DNA of 62,819 nt, filler included, from Nemertoderma westbladi (taxonomy: Eukaryota; Animalia; Xenacoelomorpha), in assembly GCA_032718475.1 (NCBI GenBank). It is 3 parts of 3 records of this genome, joined end to end, with 100 filler letters (N's around TTAATTAATTAA, not from the genome) between each part and the next. Parts side by side here need not be neighbours in the genome. Positions count along the whole stretch, not along the records: positions 10,003 to 40,071 come from JAUCBJ010005242.1; 2 more parts are not named here. One strand, given 5' to 3'. Shown in pieces: positions 12,198-25,427 of this stretch. Both the position numbers and the translations under genes were made by a program. Every line of letters starts with the position of its first letter. Position 1 is the first letter of the stretch. The notes beneath the pieces were generated by a model, which saw only the letters and a program-made list of their open reading frames with translations, did not search any database and was not told the DNA's origin.

Positions 12198-12819
12198 ATA
12201 CGACTAATTTGAAGAATGTCCACGATACGGTGGGTGTGATTTACGCAAATTTAAGGCCGTAAATGTAAGGCCTGTTCACGATGCGTTCAAAATGGGACGC
12301 AAAACCACCGTGCTGTCACCGAGAAGTGTTTAGCTAGTGAACAGCTATACACGAGCTGTGAACAGCTAGTGTAAACAGCTGTGAACAGTTGATCTAGAAG
12401 TCAACTGCTCACAGATGTGAACATCTAAAGATCACAGCTATACAGTGAACTTTTCACGAGAAAATCTAAATTTAGATTTCTAATAGCCATCAACGGTGAG
12501 TTAACTAATTGTGTTTCAAATTTCAATTAATATGATGAAGATTTGTAGAAAAATATGGAGGGTAGGGGTGTCCGGTCCGTGTCATAAGTACATAACTAGC
12601 AAAGTGAAATGTAAATTAATCCCGTTAACATAATTACGCCCTTATTTTATTAGAGCGAATCTACGACTTTTAATATTATGTAACCAATGGATAACAAATT
12701 CTAGAATTTAATCTTAATATTTAGTTTTTTATTTTATATTATTAGTTTTGGTCACAATAAGCAAACAGTTTTGATTTGTAAAATAACTAGATACCATTAA
12801 TTAGGAAACGTAAAGAATC

Positions 12820-13221
12820 ATGCGTGGAATGGCGGAGATTGATAGTGACGATGGCGTGTTGGGTGAAGATGGTTTGTCGATTTCGAACTTGGAGGCCGCT
12901 GATGGAAAGAAGGATCGGGAAAGTAGGTCTACCAGTCGGAGAGACATGGAGAAAAGGAGACGGAGGAAGCGAATGGGAAGTAAGAAAGGAAAGGGAAAGA
13001 AGAAGGGAAAGATGAGCAGATCAAGGAGTCGCCGAGGTAAAGGGAGTAGATCAAGGAGTCGCCGAGGTAAAGGGAGTAGATCAAGGAGTCGTGGAGGAAA
13101 GGGGAAGAAGAAAGGGAAGATAGGAAGATCGAAGGGCCGCGGGAAGAAAAGAGCGGGAAAGTCGAGATCGAATCAATTCGATGTGAAAGCTGGATGGGAG
13201 ATGTTGATGAGAGGAAAATAA
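12820..13221 (+). CDS. Highly basic Arg/Lys/Ser/Gly-rich protamine-like protein with an acidic N-terminus (or terminal exon of an upstream gene)
   Basis: 133-aa purine-rich ORF within AT-rich flanks. It contains KRRRRKR, KKGKGKKKGK and three SRSRSR(R/G)GKG repeats encoded by 30-bp units. Confidence 0.55.
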   Translation: MRGMAEIDSDDGVLGEDGLSISNLEAADGKKDRESRSTSRRDMEKRRRRKRMGSKKGKGKKKGKMSRSRSRRGKGSRSRSRRGKGSRSRSRGGKGKKKGKIGRSKGRGKKRAGKSRSNQFDVKAGWEMLMRGK

Positions 13222-13715
13222 TCATTTGGAATGTCATTACTTTAGGAAAATATGACTGTTTGTTTACTTTGTAGGTTTATTTTCAATAACATGTTAAGAA
13301 ATGAGTTTCAATTTCACGGAAATATATCATCAATTATTCTTATTTATTTATTTATTTATTATACTTATTTTGAGATTAAAAAGTTATAACTAAGAGAGCA
13401 CTATATTTTTAAAAGTCAAAAAATGTACCCGGGGATATCACAATAAGTTATTTATTATTTGTATCTACTTTCACAAGTCCCTAAAAGGTGCCACCCTGCT
13501 CCCTAGCCCGGGAAATTCAAATGATAGAAACACGCAGTAAATTGATATATTTTTGATTAAATTAATTAATTAAGACAATGCATGACCACCTTAACAGTGT
13601 TCGCTTCTTACTGTCTTGGATTTACTAGACAAAGGTTATTGATACATAATAGATACCGGTATGCTGAGATAAATTTATAATATTACGACTTCAATATAAT
13701 GAGGAAATGATAGCA

Positions 13716-14519
13716 TGTCAGTCAGTCAGTCAGTCACGTCAGTCAGTCAGTCAGTCAGTCAGTCAGTCAGTCAGTCAGTCAGTCAGTCAGTCAGTCAGTC
13801 AGTCAGTCAGTCAGTCAGTCAGTCAGTCAGTCAGTCAGTCAGTCAGTCAGTCAGTCAGTCAGTCAGTCAGTCAGTCAGTCAGTCAGTCAGTCAGTCAGTC
13901 AGTCAGTCAGTCAGTCAGTCAGTCAGTCAGTCAGTCAGTCAGTCAGTCAGTCAGTCAGTCAGTCAGTCAGTCAGTCAGTCAGTCAGTCAGTCAGTCAGTC
14001 AGTCAGTCAGTCAGTCAGTCAGTCAGTCAGTCAGTCAGTCAGTCAGTCAGTCAGTCAGTCAGTCAGTCAGTCAGTCAGTCAGTCAGTCAGTCAGTCAGTC
14101 AGTCAGTCAGTCAGTCAGTCAGTCAGTCAGTCAGTCAGTCAGTCAGTCAGTCAGTCAGTCAGTCAGTCAGTCAGTCAGTCAGTCAGTCAGTCAGTCAGTC
14201 AGTCAGTCAGTCAGTCAGTCAGTCAGTCAGTCAGTCAGTCAGTCAGTCAGTCAGTCAGTCAGTCAGTCAGTCAGTCAGTCAGTCAGTCAGTCAGTCAGTC
14301 AGTCAGTCAGTCAGTCAGTCAGTCAGTCAGTCAGTCAGTCAGTCAGTCAGTCAGTCAGTCAGTCAGTCAGTCAGTCAGTCAGTCAGTCAGTCAGTCAGTC
14401 AGTCAGTCAGTCAGTCAGTCAGTCAGTCAGTCAGTCAGTCAGTCAGTCAGTCAGTCAGTCAGTCAGTCAGTCAGTCAGTCAGTCAGTCAGTCAGTCAGTC
14501 AAGCAGTCAGTCAGTCAGT
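13716..14519. repeat. (CAGT)n microsatellite, about 800 bp
   Basis: Nearly perfect tetranucleotide array of about 200 units. Confidence 0.99.
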
Positions 14520-14699
14520 GTTATATATCCTGAGATTTTTACAGCAAGTATCCTTGAGATTTTTACAGTAAGTATCCTGCTGACAAGCGGGCTCCTAATA
14601 AAACTGACGTTTGGAATGAAATCAGAGACCAGGAAAACCCCCATAACATAATTATTAACAAACAGTTTCACATTTTGAAATCCTCAGAAAAATCTGCAT

Positions 14700-17600
14700 C
14701 AGGAGGGATTGAAAATGAAATATCGATTTTGGTGAAGGTGAAGGAAGAGGAGAACAGGTTAACGAGGAAGGTGAAGGAAGAGGAGAACAGGTTAACGAGG
14801 AAGGAGAAGGAAGAGGCCCAATGACCAGAGAATCAAGGAAATAATGTTCATAAAGAGGAGAACAGGTTAACGAGGAAGGCGAAGGAAGAGGCCCAACGAC
14901 CAGAGAATCAAGGAAAGAAAGTTTGGAAAGAGGAGAACAGGAATCCGAGCCCAGGCATCCGAGAGATATAACAGGAGGAAACACAGTATATACCCAATAT
15001 TTTGCCTCGATCGCATAGCCCCACTCCGACTGGAGGATACAATGGCAGGTGGACAAACAGCAATTTTGTCAGACCTCAACCAACACGACTATCTGAACCA
15101 AGAGTTCGGGTTCCTTTTCAACGTGACTTTAACCAAAATGGGCCTGCACGGCACCAGCAAAATGGAAGGTATTTTATCCCAAGCTATCAACCTAGACACC
15201 ATCTTCCATATAATGAAGGACTAATGGATGTTAACTACTGGTTAAGGTATGAACAGCGGCAAAACTTGCCACGACCAACACCCATTCGTTTCTCAGGAGA
15301 CCCTACTGAATGGTTGAGTTTCAAGCAACGTTTTACACAACAAGTTCATTATTCTAGTCTGACAGCTGAAGAAAAGCTTGTACAATTGCTACAGTACTTG
15401 GAAGGTCCTCCACTTGCTTTGATTCGCCACTATGAAGGAGCAGGGGAAGCTGGATATGCTGCTGCTTGGAACGAAATCGAACATAGGTAGGGGAATCCTG
15501 TACGCCTTATAAACGACTCTATACGCAATCTGATGGAAACGGCTCGTATATCGTGTATCGAACAGTAACAATGCTGTCGATGCTACAAAGACCATATGAA
15601 CTCAACATACCACAAAATGTGGAAGCGAGCAAGATTCCTCTAAAGTTTCACGAAAGGTGGGTGCGCGAAGTTGACAAGAAATAAGAGATGGGAATATATC
15701 CCACTATGCTTGAGTTTGCAGAATGGTTACGTAGGGAGGCCAGAGTTGCTAACTCAGCTGCCTCGAAGTCATATAGAGTGAAATTGAATACAACAAAGAA
15801 CTGGGAAAATCTAGTAAAGCAGTACCAGTAAAGCCAATAGAGAATAATAAGAAATTCTCTATAATGGCCACAGAAGTAACTGGAGATACTATGGGAACAC
15901 CACGTAATGCATTGAAAAGAATACAGTATAAATGCATTCTTTGTAAATCACAGGAACATCATCTACATGATTGTCCTATCCATTCCGTGAAAACACCAGA
16001 CGAACGCAAAAGTATAATAGCAAAAGATGGTAGATGCTTCCGGTGCTTGTCAGGCGGCCATGGTGTCAAAAGTTGTAAGTGGAATTGGGGTTTCCCAAAA
16101 TGTGGAAGTGTCAAACATCATGGTTTTATCCATGGAGCAGGTGGGAGTGACAAATTGCATGGTTTAGCATCAAAGAAGGTCAATTTTGCAGAGTGTCAGA
16201 TTAAAGAATGCGAAGGGGACAATGGTGACTGTGATACTGAATCTGTAGAAGAAGATTGTAGAGATGAAGAAGAAACTGAAATAGGTAGTTTCACAGCCAT
16301 CTTAAATTGTCGGTATCAAGAGAGCATTTTTTTGAGAATCGTTCCAGTAAGATTGATAAGCAGACATGGTGTCTCTGTATCAACATTAGCGCTTCTGGAT
16401 ATATATATATATAGCGCCTCTGAAGCAACTTTCCTGGATCAAAGGATAAAGGATTGTCTACAATTGTATGGCACATCACAAATAGTTAATGTCAAGACTG
16501 TCAGCAATCCAAGTGGACATAAGATCAATCTGACCAAAGTGGCAATAATCGCACAGTCTATCGACTGCTCTTATTCTATACACATGTCCAGTGTATATGT
16601 TGTTCCTCGATTAGATATTTCTTGTAATAAAGATCAGCGAGAAAAATGGCAGTCCTTGAAAACACTTACTGGGATATCTTTTGAAGGATTTGGTGTGGAA
16701 ATACCAACAGTTAGTCTTTTGATAGGACAAGACAACAGTTCTTGTTTGAGGGAATCTGCATCAGTATATCCTATTGAATCTGATCACTATCCACACGTCA
16801 TTCAAACTGTTTTTGGCTGGACAATTGAACCACCTGCACAAGCAGGCTATGACTCCCATGATGATTTGTGTAGAGTGAATGCCATTATTGTTGACTTTCT
16901 CATCCTTGATCCGATGGACACAAATAAGCTGGCAGATGAACTATTGGAGAAATACTTCCATTTAGAAACATCAGGTTTGACATCATGTATGCAAGGACAA
17001 TCTATCGAAGACAGAAAGTCTCTTGAGATTCTGGAGAAGTCTGTAGAAAAGCTTAGTAACAACCATTACCAAGCAGGCCTTCTATGGCATGATAAATCTG
17101 TCACTCTAATTAACAATAGATCACTAGCAGAAAAACGGCTGAGGCAGTTAAAAAACAGACTTAGAAGGAATCCTGTGGTTCATGAGCTTTACCAGAAAAA
17201 ACCAGGAAAAACTGAATATCGACAATACCATAATTGGTGTACTGCTGAAATTCTGACAGGATAAAATTGCATTTATGGCTGACATAGCCGAAATGTTCCA
17301 CCAAGTTCATACTACCAAAGAAGACTCTCATTTAATCCGAATACTATGGTACATGGGGGATACAGACCCAGGACATGGTGTTGGTAATGGTAGTGTTTCC
17401 CTTTGGAATCCGACCTGCTCCCTGCACTGCCACCTTTACCTTGAGAAAGTGTGCACATGATAACATTGACAAATTTCCAATTGATGTTATACGTACCATT
17501 GAAAGAAATTTCTATGTTGATGACTTCTTGAAGTCTGTGAAATCACCCAATGAGGCAATCACATTGGCCAAGCAGCTAATTGAATGCCTCAAACTTGGTG

Positions 17601-20113
17601 GGTGTCAATTAACTAAATTTAGTAGCAATGACTCAAAACTCATGGCATCCTTACCACTGGACAAGAGAGCAGAGAACAATGTTAACCTCGACTTGGAAGG
17701 CCTACCTATAACTAGGGCACTTGGAATTTATTGGAATATAAAGACAGACTCAATGAGTTTTAATATTGAGCTGAAACCAAGACCTTTAACAAAGCGTGGA
17801 TGTTTATCCGTGCTGAATTCGATCTCTGATCCCTTGAGATTTATTGGACCAGTGACTCTTGTAGGAAAATTAATACTGAAAGAGATTTGGGAAGAAGGGC
17901 TAGATTGGGATAAACCTTTGACTTCTAAGCTGTCGAAAAAGTGGGAAAACTGGGTTCAACAATTGCACAAGCTAGCTGATTTACATATCCCCCGACATTA
18001 CTTTGATGTCCAGTCGGACAAAGATGTTTATGAGCTTCATACATTCTGTGATGCTTCGAATAGCAGATATGGTGCAGTTGTTTACCTTCGGAAATATTGG
18101 CAGCAAGATGAGGAATGGAAAGTAGAATCTACCTTATTAATACCAAAGAATAGAACATCTCCAGCAGTACCAGTTACTATCCCTAGGTTGGAGTTACTCG
18201 CAGCTCTAATGGGCGTTAGACTGCACATGCACAACCATATTCAAGAAGAATTAGAGGTTCATATCAATGACTCACACTTTTGGACTGATTCACAAACAGT
18301 CTTGCAATATCTATCTAACCCGTCAAGGAGATTCAAGATTTATGTTGCAACTCGTGTCTTTGAAATTCAGCAAAGCACTAGCGTAGAACAGTGGCATCAC
18401 TGTCTTGGTAAGGATAACCCAGCCGATTAATTGAGTCGTGGTCTGACTGTTGAAAAGATGTTGAAGTATAATCGCTGGTTCCATGGGCCCCCATCTTTGA
18501 AGGAAATACAAAATTGGTACAATGCTTCTCTCTCTGGAATTATAGCTAACACTGGCTTGACTATGACATCAATGAGTTGCCAGGTGAGACCTTTAGTGGA
18601 CAATATATGCCAACTTCCAATTGACAAGCTGATTGATCATTTCTCATCATGGAACAAGGTTGTTAAATCAGTTGCTTGGTTTCTTCGAGTTAAAGTCTAC
18701 TTGAAGTTAAAGGTATCTGGACTTGCCAATCAGGCATGTTATGAACGGCTACAAGTCCATGAGGTAGATAGTGCTGAGGAAATAGTAATATAACATGTTC
18801 AGCAGGTGAACCTTGTTCCTGAATTATCACACCTTCATAAGGGAGATTTGGTGAACAGTAACAGTCCACTCTTTCGTTTAAATCCATTCCTGGATGAAAA
18901 GGGAATCATTAGGCAAGGATCTGGTTTATCTGAGTCTTGTCTACCGTATAGTACTAAGTTTCCAATAATCCTTCCAAAGGATGTACATATGTCACGAATC
19001 ATTATTCGCCATGTACATCAGACTATTGCTCATCGAGGTGTTGATCATGTCTTGGCAGAATTACGAAAACGCTTTCAGGTGATCAGCGATAGGAAAATGT
19101 ATGTGATGTATAAGATCATGTGTGACATGTAAACGACTAAATGCTATTAGAGCAAAACAGATTATGGCCCCTTTGCCATATGCACCCCCTTTCACAGTGG
19201 TGGGAGTAGATTATTTTGGACCAGTTTTTGTAGAAAGTGGTATAAAATCAATGAAACACTGGGGAGTAGTGTTTATTTGCCTGAAGACCCTCGCAGTTTA
19301 TTTGGATCTTGTTGATTCTGCAAATGCAAGTTCGTCTTGCAAGTTCGTTAACTAATGTAGTTCGTCGGTTGATCAGTCACCATGGTGCTGTACAACAGAT
19401 TTTGTCAGATAATGGCACAAGTTTCACTGGTGCTAATTCCGAACTTCGTAAATTGGCTGAGAAATTGAAAGATACAAAATCTGGTGGAATCTGGTGGAAA
19501 TCTGATGGTCGCTAAACTAATTCAGTGGAAGTTCCAACCACCCTTAGCCCCTCATATGTCGGGAGTTTGGGAAAGGATGGTTCGTTCCGTGAAACGAGCT
19601 GCAGCAGCTATTTTAGGGCAATCATCCTTCACACACGATGTTCTGAGAACAACATTATGTGAAGTTGAGAACATTATAAACAGTCGTCCTATTTGCCCTA
19701 TCTCAGATGATCCTGAAAGCTTGGATCCTCTTACCCCTGCCCATTTTCTTCTCCAGAATCCAATTGATAAACTTCCCAAGATGGAATTTGCAGATTGTGA
19801 TTTATTCTCCCGTAAGACTTGGAGAGTTGCCCAGGCACTAACAAAGCGATTCAAGAAGAGGTGGTTGGAAGAGTTTCTTTCAACTTTAAAACAGAGACAA
19901 AAGTGGTGGAAACCGAAACGAGATTTCCTTAAAGGGGATTTAGTTGTAATGGTGGATATGACAAAATCCAAGGTAGAATGGCAAATGGGTCGTGTTGCAG
20001 AGGTATTTCCTGGTAGTGATGAGCATGTGAGAGTTGTTGACATACAAACGAATGAAAGAAAATTGTTTAGACGCCCAGTAAGCAAGATTTGTTTACTGGA
20101 TGAGGCTCAGTAA
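14700..20113 (+). mobile_element. Decayed Bel/Pao LTR retrotransposon gag-pol (Gag, zinc knuckles, aspartic protease, RT, RNase H, integrase); LTRs not identified
   Basis: Gag FSGDPTEWLSFKQRF; CxxC-type knuckles (CILCKSQEHHLHDC, CFRCLSGGHGVKSC); ADIAEMFHQV; RNFYVDDFL; LHTFCDAS, IPRLELLAA, FWTDSQ, NPAD; integrase GVDYFGP, SDNGTSF, GVWERMVRSVK, VENIINSRP, LTPAHFL; C-terminal LKQRQKW...RRPVSKI. The order PR-RT-RH-IN is typical of Bel/Pao. Many stops and frameshifts, plus an apparent deletion near 17200. Confidence 0.93.
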
Positions 20114-20273
20114 ATTAAGAATCACTAACTTTATAATTCTATTGTGTTATAAGAAATTGATAAGACATAAATTTAGTTTGACATCTAAGTCGTATTTGTA
20201 TGAATTATCTACTTACCATAATAGGCAATTACTGTAGCTTGCCTGATATATTATAATTGAAAGTATTTTCGAT

Positions 20274-21254
20274 ATGATGGATAGTGAACCAAGAAGTACC
20301 CTATTACGTTTTCGACCGATACAGATGGGCCCAGCACCAGATGAGATAGTTAGATTCCCCACTGAAGGACATTTACAGAATCAGAAGGCCGAGAGACACC
20401 AGTTGATCTCTGCTGGTACTAGACAACGAAAACGTAGGAGGATGTACAACCCTACAGGAGAACACATTCCAGATGCTTTGCCCAGCCCAAAATGGCATAA
20501 ATTATGGTGCCATGACGTTACTACGTTAATGGAAAGCCCTCCACCAAGTCCAGGAACACCGTTACGGGATGAAGTAAACACTAACCCTCTCTATCCAGTA
20601 AGAGTTTGCCTGTTCCACCCAATCAAGTTAAGAGTTCGCCTGTCATCATTGAGCTGCTCGACAGCCAAGAAGAAACGCTCCTGCTGACACCAAAGTTGTT
20701 CCCTGAACCTCCAATAGTTCAGCGAGCATTACAAGGTGTCGACCCCGACCCTGGGCAGCTTTATTGGCGCTTACAGAAAGATCCATATCGACTTAGGTTT
20801 CTGGAATGCCACTAAAATTGGCTTCTTACGCCATTTAGTCGCTATCCCGACATCCCGATAGATGCTGGATATGTACCCTTTACCAAACACTGTTCTCCAG
20901 GATGCTTGAGGTGTGGGCTTCCTAATTGCCCTTTAGCCCAATCGAAATGGAATAATGAGCTGGGACCACGACGATGTACATTATGCAAAGAGGTTGCGAT
21001 CTGCCCCTATTGCAATGCATGCAGTCAACGCGAGAAGGATATGCGTAATTCTTTGCTCAAGTTCGAAAGGTTTGCTACAATCAATGAGTGTGTCCCTAAT
21101 GAATCGAAACAAAAGATGGGATACTGATCCCTACGCAATCGCTTTGGGTTTCTTCCCTATACCGTCTAAGTGGAAGATGGATGGCAAGCTAAAGAACAGG
21201 TGTTTCAGTTACGATGATTTAGTTATAACAGAAGTTCATTATTATGATAAATAG
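20274..21254 (+). pseudogene. Disrupted Cys-rich ORF immediately downstream of the Bel/Pao pol
   Basis: Overlapping ORF pieces 20274-20687, 20606-20815 and 20906-21127 (same frame, one internal stop), and 20955-21254. They contain RQRKRRR and CSPGCLRCGLPNC...CTLC...CPYCNAC. Confidence 0.45.
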
Positions 21255-22536
21255 ATAATTAATTATTATAAAATTGTGCTGTTTAATATTAATATAATTA
21301 ATATTTTCTAGGTATTGCTTAATTTGAACAGAATTTGCTTGGGAACCCTTATTTTGGATAATTACTGTATCTGTGGATCAAGTTATCTGTGCGGTGCTTA
21401 TTAACTATTTAAATTTAGTAATTATCAAAAAATATACTACTATAACCCCGTGAGACCAAGTTGCTGACTGTCTCCGATTCGCACGTAATCAGACATAAAT
21501 TTATGATTTTCAGGTATCACAACACCTCACTGATCAGCGATATGCTTGATAACTGACAACAGCCTCCTATATACATTGGAATTTTTAGCCATTATGTCTT
21601 CCATTTTTAATTGGTAGTTGATGAGTACCTGTTTCCTCTGGGGAATACGGACCTGGGGTAGGGGTAGGTAGGGGGCTCACTGGATCAAGTCATCAGTAGA
21701 CAAGCGTAACTGCCGAAAAAAACTTATATTTTTTTACTCTAACTAAGAACTTTTATTTTTATGCAATAATTATTAAATGTTAACTTCAATAATGTATTTG
21801 GTGTTATATTTTTCATGTTGGTTCTTTAGCGGTGGGTGGCAATAGGCAATGAGGAGGGGGGAATTGTCCTTGGAGGCAATTGTCCAATCCTAGTTCTAAC
21901 CTTAAGAAAGAGGAGTTAACCACAAACACCAACTGGGTATAGTGTGTTTAATTATTTATATTTAAAACATTAAAGTAAAAAGTAGGCTAACGGATGGTGT
22001 AGATTTCGACAACTGGGAGTGTATCATATTATAATTCTACTTTGTAAGTTTTCTGATTATTTCTATTTCCTATTTTTTCGTTTGTTTCTTTTATTTGCTA
22101 AATGTCTCGACATTAAGTTCCCTCACTATTTTAATTTTTAATCCGTTCAAAATGAAATTTGACAGATATCTTTTGTTGGCTCTTATCAGCAACAACTCTT
22201 TACTGCATCTACATTAAGTAAATTGGGCGTCAAAGATAATGGATTTTTTAAATAATATAAGGTTGAGTTGGGCGTGGTCATGGTCAAACCAGTCTGTATC
22301 AAACGAGACTCAGTTCCTTAACTCAGTGCGCAGGGAAAATAAGGGAGCAAATAAGGGATCCATTTATCCAAGATTGGTGGCTGTCCATTGCCTTATCCCA
22401 AAAGGGAGAATTTTATATCAAAACAGAATTCGGTACGGAATAATACCTAAACGAACTTTCAAATGAACCACATCTGAAAATTTCTCTAACCCACCTACGA
22501 TGTACTTCGCACTGCGTGGAAATTGAAGCTGGTCGC

Positions 22537-23113
22537 TGGTCTCGTAAACCACGCCATTAACGTATATGCAGAATGTGTAACTTTGGTCTGGTCTCGTAAA
22601 CCACGCCATTACCGTATATGCAGAATGTGTAACTTTGGTCTGGTCTCGTAAACCACGCCATTAACGTATATGCAGAATGTGTAACTTTGGTCTGGTCTCG
22701 TAAACCACGCCATTAACGTATATGCAGAATGTGTAACTTTGGTCTGGTCTCGTAAACCACGCCATTAACGTATATGCAGAATGTGTGACTTTGGTCTGGT
22801 CTCGTAAACCACGCCATTAACGTATATGCAGAATGTGTAACTTTGGTCTGGTCTCGTAAACCACGCCATTAACGTATATGCAGAATGTGTAACTTTGGTC
22901 TGGTCTCGTAAACCACGCCATTAACGTATATGCAGAATGTGTAACTTTGGTCTGGTCTCGTAAACCACGCCATTACCGTATATGCAGAATGTGTAACTTT
23001 GGTCTGGTCTCGTAAACCACGCCATTAACGTATATGCAGAATGTGTAACTTTGGTCTGGTCTCGTAAACCACGCCATTAACGTATATGCAGAATGTGTAA
23101 CTTTGGTCTGGTC
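22537..23113. repeat. 52-bp minisatellite, about 11 near-identical copies
   Basis: Unit ggtctggtctcgtaaaccacgccattaacgtatatgcagaatgtgtaacttt; period 52 measured between 22541 and 22593. Confidence 0.95.
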
Positions 23114-23787
23114 GAAAGCGAATTCCACTTCATTTTGGCATGCCTTTTATTTATAGACTCTCACTTCCACATATATCCCTCAATATTGATATACTTTTAT
23201 ATATATTTTTTTTTTTATTGATATACAGTCAATTATTTATTATCATCAATTTCAGGTCGGGACGGCAAAAACTTAGCAATATATTTATAATGTGTTAAAA
23301 TTACGAGCAGATACAATCCAAACCACTTAAATATGTCTCTAATAATTGTGCTTATATTTAATTTTTATGTGAATTCCATATATACTTATTAATTCGCGTC
23401 ATTCATCATACAGATTGTGGTCTCGAGAGTCTCTGTTCTAGTATCCTGATTATGTGTTAACCGTTTGCTTACACAGTGAAGCATGTTCTCTTTGCTACCG
23501 AACATGACAACTATTTCCTCAACAAGAATGAAGTCCTCAGTATTATCTCTACACAACGGTGGCACGTTAAACGTTTACGAAGTCACTGGTAGAGGTAGTC
23601 GTGACCTATAACTTCTCACACGATAAGCGTTCTTGTGGCCCTTATCATATTTGGCAAAACAGCTGCGACATTGTTAGGAATTTTGGCAAGAATATTAAGT
23701 GGCATAGTGGGCATTGACTGCACCCCAAAATATTACATTGAAATTAAATCACTGACTTCAAAAACCACAAAAAAACTTTGAAAATCA

Positions 23788-23892
23788 TAGCTCTGTAGTG
23801 TGTTTCCTTCATGCCAAACACCCTTAACCAACTAGCTCTGTGGTGTGTTTCCTTCATGCCAGACACCCTTAACCAACTAGCTCTGTGGTGTG
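23788..23892. repeat. 45-bp tandem duplication (about 2.3 copies)
   Basis: tagctctgtRgtgtg starts at 23788, 23833 and 23878. Confidence 0.8.
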
Positions 23893-24822
23893 CTTCATTG
23901 GACATCATTGATGACGTTGATCGTTGACATCATTAATCAACCAGACCTCAGACAGACAGTTTTGAGCGGGAAGATTTAAACTTTGAAGACAATTTTCTCG
24001 GAAAGATATTTTTACTCCTCTGCCAATTCTTAACCATAGTTTCTTGTAATTTTCTTCGCTCCATATGATAGGTAATTTCTTAAGCTTCGTTAAATTTCGG
24101 GCAGTTTTTTTTATTTCATAATATTTCCCCGTTCCCAAGTATTTTGTTTATGCAACCTTGCGTAAACAGAAAACGGGGGGGGGGGGGGGGGAGGTAGTTA
24201 GTAATTTACGGACATTTTAAACCAACAATCTGAAGGCAAACAGTAATTTGAGTTTTACTCGAATGACTTTTTGTGACTTGCGGTCTTTTCATATTGCACG
24301 ACAGATTTAATAAATGCACCATATTCTGGAACATCATATAATTATCTCATAAGTAACTGGGCAACAATGCAAATCTCTATGATGATACTAGACCGCAGCT
24401 ATCCATACATAATCAAAATGTTCCAAAATATGGAGTATTTTTAATTAATAATATAATAAAATATCCTCGCGCAGTTACAACGAGTTTGAGTTGACGTAAG
24501 TTCCATAAGCAAGATATATATTCCCGTAAAATTTCAATGAAAGACCCACAGAAAAAAGCAATCATGTGAAAATTTGTTTCAAAGGGAAAACGTGAAGTTT
24601 TATTGTTTAATGACAAATAGTAGGCTACATAAATATTATTATTGTAATATAATACAGAGCGCATCAATAATTATTAATTATCATACGGTATATGAATGCT
24701 TATACAAAGAACGCGTACTGCAAAAACTGTATTATAGTGGCCAATAATTCCCAAGAAGTATCTCCAATTTAATCCATTCAGAAAAATATTATTTATAGAC
24801 TTAAATCTTATATCCCAATAAG

Positions 24823-24858
<36 letters not shown>

Positions 24859-25427
24859 CACCAACTCCAATAAAAATGTTAGATTTTGTAATAAATACTC
24901 GCAAATAATAAATACACGACCGTTTTAAATTAATAAATTAGAAGTTAGCGTGCAATGAATTTAACTTAACTTTTAGAACGCAACAATTAAAACTGTCCAG
25001 AACAAAAATAAGTTAAATTAAGACAAAAAAAACTACATTGAGTTTTACATTCCAGAAATAATTAACAACTTTCAATATATAAAATACAAAATAATTAACA
25101 AGTTGAATGTTTGTTGTTTGTGTGTATAAAATTCCTTCAGAACGCCAAACAATAGTTAATTGCTGAATTATTTTACGCCAACACATATAAACCAATTGCA
25201 CTATAAGATTCTTACAAAGCTCAGATTCCATACTCAACAAACAATGTACAACTAAATATTAATCCACGGTTTAAAAAAAACTTGTAGAGTATCAAATAGA
25301 CTTGTCGCAAAATTAAATAATCGCTATAATAATACTAAATAACTTGAGAACAAAACAGTAAAAAAAATATAATTTTCGCCATGGAATTTATTTATATACA
25401 CAAATAGAATTGTAGGATAAAGTCGTG

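Noticed and set aside
13707-14651. SQSV-repeat ORFs of 314 and 272 aa
   Set aside because: These are translations of the (CAGT)n microsatellite.
21300-21720. 3' LTR or PPT of the Bel/Pao element
   Set aside because: The purine-rich tract near 21655 is not followed by a TG...CA repeat that I could match upstream of gag.
22537-23113. Possible CRISPR array
   Set aside because: Head-to-tail identical 52-mers without variable spacers.
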